Of a stretch of DNA of 64,000 bases, positions 54,250 to 64,000 are shown piece after piece. Position 1 is the stretch's first letter. Every line of letters starts with the position of its first letter. The position numbers and the translations under genes were made by a program. Where the stretch lies: positions 122,946,001 through 123,010,000 of the forward strand of contig OX597816.1 in the NCBI GenBank assembly GCA_951406725.2. Reading direction: 5' to 3'. Under the pieces are notes generated by a model. That model searched no databases, was not told where the DNA came from, and saw only the letters and a program-made list of their open reading frames with translations. Origin of the DNA: Octopus vulgaris (Eukaryota).

Positions 54250-55720
54250 TTAGATTTGTTGCATTTTTTTAACATGAAAACTTTGTTCTACAGGTTTTAC
54301 CACGAAATGTAACACCGCACCAGATTTCGCCTACGAAGTATAGTTTTTCACCTGTCACGACTCGTGCAATTTTCGATGTTTATCTTAACGTAGGTTTCCC
54401 AATTCTTTTCCACGTGTCGGTATCAATAATCGAAATATCTAGTTGTAATTTAATATTCACTTCGTTTATTTTTACATGTACAAATTTCCTCTTTTTGGCG
54501 TCGTTTCTACTTTCCATTAAGAAAACTTTAAAAATTTTTATGTTCGAATTTCCTAACTTTGCTTTACAATGTGAATTCTTGTTTCTTATTTTTAGCAGCT
54601 GTAACATTTCGCATCTTGAAAGGACAGTCATTGCTGAAATGTAGCCTTCCACACCTGTAACGTGGGTTTGATCTTAATATTTTTTTGTTTATTTCTTCCC
54701 AGTCGACATAGCTGTACTTGTGAGAAATCCTTCTTTTCAATTTTTTTTCGTCCTGTCTTAAGTTTACCACTCTTTGAAACTCCTCTGCAACTGTCTGCAG
54801 GGTTAAACTCTGGTCCGATTGTGCAAGTTTTGTGAGAATTCTTTCACGTATCTCCATATCTTTGTTTGCCGTCAGCCCTTGTACAAAAACGAGGCACTTA
54901 AATATATCAGGAATTAGTTCCTTCAGTTTAAACCTTTCGCACATTTGGTTTATGGTCCATGCATACGTGACAATGTCTTTATACTCTTTTTAACTAGATT
55001 CCAATACCACCATCGAGTGTTAAATAGGGAACTCTTATCACTGAACATTTTGATAGTAATTCGACTGTTTCCTGGAATCAAATTTCACTAGTCTTTTGGG
55101 GTAGTATAAAATGACAATAAAGAGAAAAACTGTTAGTTTTAAATCTCTGAGTGAGAGATATACAGTAACAGTACCGAATAGTAAAGTTTATTTGCCAACA
55201 GAATGTAGCAGTCTTATAAAGGACGATGTTACTGTTGTTTTAGCCCCCAGGAAAATATCTTTTCCAGCTGGCTATCGACATACAGTTTGTGTCCGTATAA
55301 GGAAAAATTGTTTTGCTGAGTTAAAACAACAGTAACATTGTCCTTTATAGGGCTGCCACATTCTGTTGGCAAATAAACTTTACTAAAATTACAATATTTT
55401 TCATGTTCTGACGGAGCTAATTTATATGATACTAGTTTTTTTTTTTTCGTCCGGCCACGACTTGAAAACTTCCCTGAAGATTTCTTCGTACCTACTGAAG
55501 TACACCGCAAACATTATACCTTCCTCTGGGTTATAACTGAATTCCATTATAGAGTTCGATACGCCGTCTGGTGAAAAAGAACTTATAATGTTTCCGGACT
55601 TCTTAAAACATAGCTCCATTAACTGTTTTTATTTTTCTTGTTGCTGTAGTGGTTGCTTTTGCAACTCCTGTGGCTGTTGCTTCATCAACTGAATTATAAA
55701 AGCTAATAGGTCTTCCATAA
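54250..55720 (-). pseudogene. Gypsy gag/protease remnant
   Basis: FSYNPEEG..FAVYFSRYEEIF, FKCLVFVQGL, YRCGRLHFSNDCPF (degenerate zinc knuckle) and LQLD..ISIIDTDTWKRIGKPTL. Confidence 0.85.
55107..55396. mobile_element. Hairpin insertion in gag with a 13-bp flanking duplication
   Basis: Arms at 55179-55242 and 55322-55385 (60/64 by hand); taaaatgacaata / taaaattacaata flank the insert. Confidence 0.85.
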
Positions 55721-56910
55721 TTAACAACTTTGTATCATAAAAATTTGTTAACTGACCTGCGTGAGCTTCGAATCCTTAACGCCAATATTGTTGTATCACC
55801 AGTTGTTATGACGATACCTTTTTTACACTATAATCGTGCAGTAGTAATAAACATATAACGAAGCAGGTTAACAACAACGTGACAATCCAAAAACTCTCCA
55901 CGAATTATAGACGAAGCAACAAACGATATTCCGACTTCCTGTGATTAACGTCTAGCCTCTCCTTATCTCATTTAGACCGCTACATTTTATAGTCGTTGGG
56001 TCAGTCACTTCCCGCAGGTGGTATCGTGACTCTCACCACAAAAAAACATATTATTCAATTAGTTCTTCCCTTTATATAAAGAACAACCAGGGTGAGATCT
56101 AATGGCGATTTGGCTCTACTTCTAGCTATGCATTTGACAACAGTGACTTCCTTCATTTCAGAAAACTACTAATATGTCACCCAGTCCAAGAATTGAACTC
56201 ACATCCTTATGTTCATGTGCCCAATGCGTGAAAACGGAGGTAGATGAAGGTCATGAGTTCAGTCCTCGCCTGTGGCACATCTTTTTTCACAGTTGTGCTC
56301 CATCTTAACCGCAGCTGCATGGCTGAAACGAACAAAGGAAAAATTTATTTCAACACAAACTCATTTAAATAATGATACAATGCTAACAATCAAACTACAA
56401 GTTACTAGATTACCATTACATTATTTGTAGTCGTGCTGTATTATAATTACTGGCGAAGATGATGACAAGGAGAATCGTTGCAAAAGTAACAATAGTTTTG
56501 AAGTCACTGCTATTGATAATGATGTTGATGCTGATGGCGACAACACTGTTGTTCTATATCGTTCCTGGTCAAGCATATTTAGATTGTAAACATCTTGTCT
56601 TATCAGAGATTGTTCATCTCAGACTAAAATATATTTTACTCTATTAATGATGTGGCATAATGATTAGGCTAGTATATTATTTGCAATTCCTAGCATGGTG
56701 ACCCACCATGTAGAGGTTACATCATTACTTCATTTGTACTCTTGTTGCCATTGCCATATATCACCAGTTCTGTCCCAATTCAGCAAGCATATCACCATAG
56801 ACACTTATTTGAGAACATCATGTGTTTATAAAGATTTATTGCATATAATTTAATTTACTGAACTTGATTATATTTCCGTTAGGTTTTATATTTATATATA
56901 TTCATATGAA

Positions 56911-57073
56911 GAGCTTACTTTCAAAACCAGATATATGCATCGGAATGGCATTTGAGTAATTGAGGAAACAACAACTTAAATATATCTGGTTTTACTTGGA
57001 GACTAAGATTTGTCTATTATCTGTATGGAATCTATCCCAAATAGGCGCTTAAACTGGTTTTGAAAGTAAGCTC
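56911..57073. repeat. 20-bp perfect inverted repeat
   Basis: gagcttactttcaaaaccag (56911-56930) / ctggttttgaaagtaagctc (57054-57073). Confidence 0.88.
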
Positions 57074-57122
57074 CTCAATGCATATTCCTTGTGCAGATTT
57101 GTTTAAGAATATATATATATAT

Positions 57123-57338
57123 GTAGGAATACAAAATGGCAGATCGTTAGTAAGGAGAGTCACACAAAAAAGAAAGAAGAAAGCAATGGACCACTGATGA
57201 GGTCATAGAAGTGTGACGAAAGTACTCTGGCCGAAATACAATTAATATAAAATAAAGCTGAAGCAAGTGAACATCAAATATATAGTGAGTGCGTTTTAAA
57301 TGGCTAAACTGGCAACATGACCATTCCCAAGTACAACA
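57123..57338 (+). mobile_element. TA-flanked Penelope-like pLTR or retrozyme-like segment
   Basis: About 215 bp between (TA)n runs, containing a hammerhead motif; classification is inferred. Confidence 0.5.
57188..57232 (+). ncRNA. Minimal type I hammerhead ribozyme motif
   Basis: gg(a)cca-CTGATGA-g(g)tcata gaag tgtgac-GAAA-gtac-TC-tggcc: complete core, 6-bp stem II, palindromic AGTACT stem III, and stem I of 3 bp (5 bp with a bulge). Confidence 0.65.
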
Positions 57339-57414
57339 ATATATATATATATATATGTGTGTGTGTGTTGCTGTTGTTGTTGTTGTTTGTTCCTTTTCAG
57401 GGCTTAGTGTTTGG

Positions 57415-57682
57415 CTTCGTGGTTAGGGCATTCTGCTCACGATCGTGAGGTCGTGAGTTAAATTCCCGGTGACGTGTTGAGTCCTTGAGCACGACATTTT
57501 ATTTCACGTTGCTCCAGTTCACTCAGCTGGTAAAATGATTAGTACCTGTATTTCAAAAGGGCCAGCCTTGTCACATTCCATGTCATCCTGAAGTTCCTTG
57601 CGAACTACATTAAAGGTACGCATATCTGTGGTGTGCTCAGCCACTTGCACGTTAATTTTACGAGAAAGCTGTTCCGTTGATT

Positions 57683-57685
<3 letters not shown>
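57415..57685 (+). mobile_element. SINE family B subtype 2 (3'-truncated)
   Basis: Aligns with 30648-30978. Confidence 0.85.
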
Positions 57686-57737
<52 letters not shown>

Positions 57738-57738
<1 letters not shown>

Positions 57739-57924
57739 TTATTTCAGTCATTTGAGCCCCGGCCATGCTGGAGCATCACCTTTCGTCAAACAAATCGACC
57801 CCAGGACTTATTCTTTGTAAGCCTAGTACTTATTCAATCGGTCTGTTTTGCCGTAACCACTAAGCTATGGGGATTTAAACACATCAACATCGGTTGTCAT
57901 GCGATGGCGGTGGGACAGACACAT

Positions 57925-57983
<59 letters not shown>

Positions 57984-58033
57984 CGACGGGCTTCTTTCAA
58001 TCTCGGTCTACCAAATCCACTCACAAGGCTTTG
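57738..58033 (-). mobile_element. SINE family A, 5'-truncated at the LINE fragment
   Basis: The consensus match ends at cactcacaaggctttg. Confidence 0.85.
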
Positions 58034-59030
58034 TTGGTGTGGATGGCTCCGATTCTGAAATTGTTGTAGCTAAGTCAGTTTCTGTACAATAGTTTGTGCC
58101 ATGCATAAAAGGAGATTGTTGCTCTGCTGCAGACCTTATGACAGCATCCGGATATGGCTGGTTTTTGGGAGGAGTGCACATTGCATTAGCTTATTTTCAT
58201 TTTAGTGTAGGAAATGCACGATTTTCCCCCTTTAGAGTCTTTGTTTATCCTTTGATCCCTTCGGATAGAATTTTTCGTCTTACCTCATGTACCTGTAGCA
58301 CGGTTTTTAATGTGGGAAACAGCAGTTTCTACCGTCATGTCCATGCCAGCAGACACTACTCAGGTAGAAATTACACACTTGTGTGTGTTCTCTCTTCTTT
58401 CTATTTCTATTGTTTGAGGTATTTCTTGTCGCAAAGCTTGTTTCCTTTTTAATTATTAGTACCTTCATGTATGAGCAGTCTAACTTATTTCTTTTCTGGG
58501 TTATTTTTCTTGGGAGCTGCCTTTTGGTTTTTCTTTTTTATTTGTGTCGTAATCATCTTTTTGTTCCTGTTTGTGCTTCATTTTGTCGTCATTTTCGTTT
58601 CCTTTTTTTTAAGCCCTTTCGTCTCATTGGTAGTAATAAGGCCATTAGTGCTGGTGTCTGCTTCTTTGACAGATCCCTCACATGTGGTTTCAACTTTGTT
58701 CCATCGGGGGTCAGTAGAGCCAGGGGAATATCTCTCAATCACAATCAATATCTTCATTCTTGGCGTCCTTTTGTGTTTATTTTCAAAGATGATGTGAAGA
58801 ATGTTAATGTGTGGTCTGACGAGAGCACAGGATCGGATGTTTTCTTGTTTCTTTTGCTCTATCTGAGTTGTGGTCCTTGTGTAACCGCTTCTCTGTAGAA
58901 CTACTGTTATTACGTTATTTGGGTTTGTCCCCTTCCAATATTTGCCAGTCTCTCAAAAACAATTTCACTTCTGTGCCCCTCCAGTTTTCGAGACATCTTT
59001 CCTGTGACTGCGGAGTGTGTTTCACCTGTA
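58034..59030 (-). mobile_element. Probable LINE ORF1 remnant with a CCCH-type zinc finger
   Basis: Minus-strand VCNFYLSSVCWHGHDGRNCCFPH*KPCYRYM at about 58283-58390, preceded by K/N/T-rich low-complexity sequence with stops. Confidence 0.55.
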
Positions 59031-60202
59031 TATATTTAGAGTGAGATGGAGATAAGGAGAGAAAGAAAGAAAAAGAAGCTGTATAAATTTTTTGATCTAC
59101 GAGTGGATTTACTTGTGCAAGGACAGAGAAGGGGGAGACAAAAGGAAAGGTTGTATAATTTGTGTCGATCTATATGTGAATGGGTATTCCTGTATATGAA
59201 ACGCTGAGAACGATCTATATATGAGTGTTTGAGTATATATCTATGGTCTTTCTACAGATATCTTTCCATTTACACACATAGATCAACAGATAGAGGAAGA
59301 GAGAGAGAGAGAGTGTGTGTGTGTGTGTGTGACATGGAGAAAAAGAAAACATAAGTATTTAGATTTGACTGTTTATATTTTAAGGAGACTCTGAGAAGAG
59401 AAATCGAGAGAAATTAAGCAATTAATTAAATGATTAATTATAATACGGAAACAGACAGCATCACAGATATACATCCCAGAGATATAAAACAAAGTTGTCA
59501 AGCAGTCTATGATTTCATCACGTTTCACAAATCTAGTGAAGTTGCAAAGTATAAATGCAAACAAAACAACTTCGGCTACGATATTGTGGTTTGTAAAAGT
59601 AAAATCCCCTTACCTTTAACTACAAATAATCTCTTCTAGGAGCCAGTACTTAAGTCCGCTCAAAATCATTAAGCAACTCAGTTTTCCTGAGAACTATGCT
59701 ATCCTACACTTTGTTTTCTTCGAGCCAAGTGTGCTTGATTTCAAGTAAGATATTCCAACACAGGCAAGGATTTCGTTGGTTGAGCGAGAAACTTTTCTTT
59801 ATATGTTGATAATTATAATCATTATATATCTTAATCTGATAATACAATCGATTTCTTACTTAACTGATGGCAATTTCTCAGAATTTTTTACAGGAGCGAT
59901 AACTCACACTTGCAAAAGGTTAGTCACAATATTCATATATATGAACGTTTTAATGTGTGGAACACATCCTTTAACAGAGCTTTTGTTGTACCTGGGAATA
60001 TCAATTAGTGGATAGTTTTGTGGCAATTTTGTGATATTTCTTATTTCACTGGTCGTCGTAATTATTGTAAAACAAAATGTTAACATAAACTTGGAAATTT
60101 AAAACTAACTTTGCAGAAATAAAAATGATATTTTGAAATCAAAGCTTCTAATTGTTGATAATAATTTATGAACAGAATGAAGTTATAGTCCTTATTCATA
60201 AC

Positions 60203-60509
60203 CAGTGGCAGACTGGGTCTAAAATTATTGGTTGCCAGGAGACTAAGGGAGCCTACCCACAACTACAAGGGGGCCCACTCGCAACTACACTGCTATAATT
60301 TAATTTTTCTTAAAAGTATTCTTTTCAACTGTCTACAAACACAGCCAGGCTGAAATAATTAATGCATTCTTCCAGGAGTGAATAAAAAATTCTCAAACTT
60401 GAGGGGATGTGCCTCTTAGATTCTAACACGGACCCCCATATATGGATTCTAATGGCACAGTGGCCCACTTGCCATCGGGTAAGCTGGCAACCTGGCCAGT
60501 CTGCCACTG
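60203..60509. mobile_element. hAT-type MITE (307 bp)
   Basis: Perfect 14-bp TIR cagtggcagactgg / ccagtctgccactg; 8-bp TSD ttcataac / ctcataac. Confidence 0.9.
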
Positions 60510-63223
60510 CTCATAACTGAAGTAGCTTATTAACATATGAGATTTGTCATTGGATCATTACTACATTTATATTGCATTAATCATATTTCTAAGTTATTAG
60601 TTCTAAATAAATACTCTGCAGGTGCTCAGGAAAATATTTTGCAAATTTACAATTTTTCTGAATTCTTATAAAATTATTGATAGCCATTTTATTGCATTTA
60701 TGACCTGTCTCGTTAATTTTGCAAGATATAAAAATGTCTGGTTCTCCTGTGGATTTAGCCATCTTTACTTTATCATATGGCAAATGGTGACTGGGGATAA
60801 TTAAACACATTCAAAGAAATGATTGCTTGCTCACTTGTCTATAGTCAGTATATATGCATGGAATATAATGTGTGGAACTATAAAGGTGAAAAACATCAAT
60901 ACTAGAAAAAAAAATTCCATAAATCTGGGAGTAAAGAATGGACAAAATGGAAATTTATATGAGCAAACTTTATAAAATTATATCTTAGTAATCAAATGAT
61001 GTAGATTAAGATGGGAATTTGAAGCAGATGGATTTGAAATTAGAAATGTTATCTGTTCTATGGGGATATATATTTAATTCTTTGTTAATTGTAGATCTAA
61101 AGAAATTGAAATAATGTTACAAGAGAAAAGCTTATTACTAGAAATGTATTTAGAATATTATTACTGAGAATTATTTTGAAATACCAAGGTCAAACTATGT
61201 AATAGGTTTATTACTTCAATTACAAAGCTAATACTTATGTCAGATTCAAAAGATAGTTGTTTTCATTTATTAATATGTTGCAAATATTAGTGCTATAATT
61301 TATTGGAGTCTGTAAAAGTTATTATTTTTATTATGAATAAATTAATGACTATAGATCAGGAGAACCCTTCCTAGCAGTTGAGATTAATGTAACTGATATG
61401 ATGACTCTGTTTTTAACTGTCTTCTCATATTTCACAACTTCAGACTATGGCTGCAACAAAAGGCATTAAGCTAATGTGATTCTGGGTTTAGACAAACAGA
61501 TCTTTCCACTAAATGGTTTATGGAATGTTCTGGAACATTTTTCTTATGTTATATAAAAAGGCAAGCAAATCTAATAAATTACAGAGCTATATGATTCTAC
61601 TGAAGATTATGTCACTTTTCTTTATGTGATTGATTCTCAATTATTTTATCTTTGACATTAATAACAACTAAAGACACCACACAGTGTTATGTTGGTAAAT
61701 CTGATGAAATGTCATTTTTATTTATTTAACTTTATCTCTCCACTCTAATTATGATTCATTATAATGTTATATATCAGCATGTCACAGTAATCAAATGTTC
61801 TTTTATTTGTTAATTCTTAACAGTTGCTATTTATTCAACTGCTGTAAAAATTTACATATTATGTTCCTGGTTAAATAAAACGAATGAAAAATTATACCCA
61901 GTTTAGTGTGATTTTGTGAATTAAACAAGTAGCACACATATGTTGTTCATTGCCAATTATTCATTAAGTACTTCATTACCACACTAAATGCTTTTGCAGA
62001 AAATCAAACACAGTAGGATTTATAAAGAGATGAATATCTAGTAAGGAAAGATTTTGCATAGATCATAACTATAGGAATGATGAGAAGTGGAGATGGCTAC
62101 ATGAAATGGATTCAGATATATAACACAGATTTGCTTATTCAGAGAAACAGAATCTGTGATAGAAGGGAAAGAAATAGGCTGGTGATTGCATTGGTGACTG
62201 AAATCTTCACCAATCCATTAGATACTATTTTGTTTAAGTGAAGTTTTGGATTATTTTTATGTAACAACCTTACTATTTCAGGCATGTGATACAAATGTTG
62301 TTCTGAAAATCCATCAACAACTGATCACAATTTAAATATTTTATTGAGGAAACTTAGCTTTTTCACTGTGACATTGATTTCATTAGAAAAAGCTGATAGT
62401 AATTGTAAACTGTTCCATTTATATATTTTGCTCTATTTTCCTTTATATTAATGTTCTGCTCCTATAAATGACTAATGTCACAAAAATAATAGAAAAAATG
62501 CAATAATTTAAATTATGAGTAGAAATAAATTTGCTACTTAAGAATTTCAAAGCTTAAATTGGATATATTGATCAAATACTACTAAAAAGGTAAAATTAAG
62601 TTTAGGCCATAAAAATTCAATCTTTATGAAATAACTAATGTGAAATAGATATGTAGATTTTGTAAAAATATGAGATTTATAGATATGAATATTGCTACTG
62701 TAGGAATTGTGATGCAATTAATTTCATCTCTATATTTGTTTTCTTTCTTCATAATTATAATACTGTAACTTAAAATGTACTGATATTTATAGGTTAATAA
62801 AATTAATATATGTATAATTTCTATATTCTAAAAATACCGGGCACAATAAAACCGAAGGTATATGACATAAAAATTTCTTCAAAGACTTGAGAAGTCATAA
62901 GAACTTACATTTAACTTTGAGCAGAAGTGACATGAATGCTATTCTGAAAGGAATAGGAAGATTTTTTTTTCACATGAAATCCTCTGAAAAATCTGGTATC
63001 TATCATTAAGAGGTGAAGTGAAACAGACAGTTACTGATTGTCTTATTTATGCAGATAACAAATGTAGATTTGAAACAGAGCTGTAGGTAAATAACACTCA
63101 GTCATATGTAAATTAAACCACAGATTTGATTGAGTGGTTGAAATTTTGAAATTGTGATTAGTGTTTAGCTTTAAGTCAGCCCTCATGAAGCTGATCTGTA
63201 CTTAAAAGCAATCTGATGTTGAA

Positions 63224-63619
63224 TACTCTTACTCTTTTACTTGTTTCAGTCATTTGACTGTGGCCATGCTGGAGCACCGCCTTTTTTTTTTAGTCGAGCA
63301 CATCGACCCCGGGACTTATTCTTTGTAAGCCCAGTACTTATTCTATCGGTCTCTTTTGCCGAACCGCTAAGTGACGGGGACGTAAACACACCAGCATCGG
63401 TTGTCAAGCAATGCTAGGGAGACAAACACAGACACACAAACACACACATATACATATATATACGATAGGCTTCTTTCAGTTTCCGTCTTCCAAATCCACT
63501 CACAAGGCATTGGTCAGCCAGGGGCTATAATAGAAGACACTTGCCCAAGATGCCACACAGTGGGACTGAACCCAGAACCATGTGGCTGGTTAGCAAGCTA
63601 CTTACCACACAGCCACTCC
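63224..63619 (-). mobile_element. SINE family A, young CpG-retaining copy
   Basis: Full-length consensus match. Confidence 0.92.
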
Positions 63620-64000
63620 AGTTCATATTACTCTCAGAAGCTATATATCCAAAACATCATCCAATGTGTGTTTTGTAGAAAATTTAGCTATGATTTTTTT
63701 TAGATTAAACAACCATGTAGAGGCCAAATATTTTGCAGTTTATCTTTTATATGTGATCTACAAGATAATTACTGAACTACATATGATCCTATATAATTAC
63801 ATGCAATAAATAAATCTCAGTTTGATATATGAACCTGTTCTATCACCATATGTTTCACATAGATTTCATAATGAAATTAATTTGAATTATCACACAAGTT
63901 CATTCATTGTCCATCACAAACTGTTCTTTATAAATAATTAAACCATGAAATACTCTGTCATAGATAAAGCCAATAGAATATAAGATCTACTGTTTATCAC

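Larger units (their letters stand above)
52542..56043 (-). mobile_element. Gypsy (Mag-like) LTR retrotransposon, RT/RNase H deleted
   Basis: LTRs at 52542-52800 (TG..CA) and 55789-~56043; PBS TGGCGTTAAGG on the minus strand at about 55774-55784; purine tract at 52801-52811; gag, protease and integrase remnants. Confidence 0.9.

Overview
AT-rich, microsatellite-rich eukaryotic DNA. Its tRNA-derived SINE repertoire resembles octopus (coleoid cephalopod) genomes; this is inferred from repeat sequences only. I found no host protein-coding exon I can call with confidence, and nearly all ORFs in the track come from microsatellites or transposon remnants. The window is a dense, nested mobile-element landscape. 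It holds a near-complete 3.86-kb hAT transposon with TIRs and an 8-bp TSD, a hAT MITE, and an internally deleted Mag-like Gypsy LTR element. It also holds a mariner pseudogene, a Helentron-like AP-endonuclease fragment, three R4/Dong 3' ends stacked in one (TAA)n array, RTE, L1/Tx1, CR1 and I-like LINE remnants, TTAA MITEs and many SINEs. The most notable signals are a minimal type I hammerhead ribozyme motif with a palindromic stem III (57188-57232) in a TA-flanked Penelope-like segment, four long hairpin inserts, a multi-level insertion nest (15823-21133), and a duplicated block that may carry an exon encoding a hydrophobic C-terminus. All alignments and translations were done by eye, and boundaries of degraded elements are approximate.
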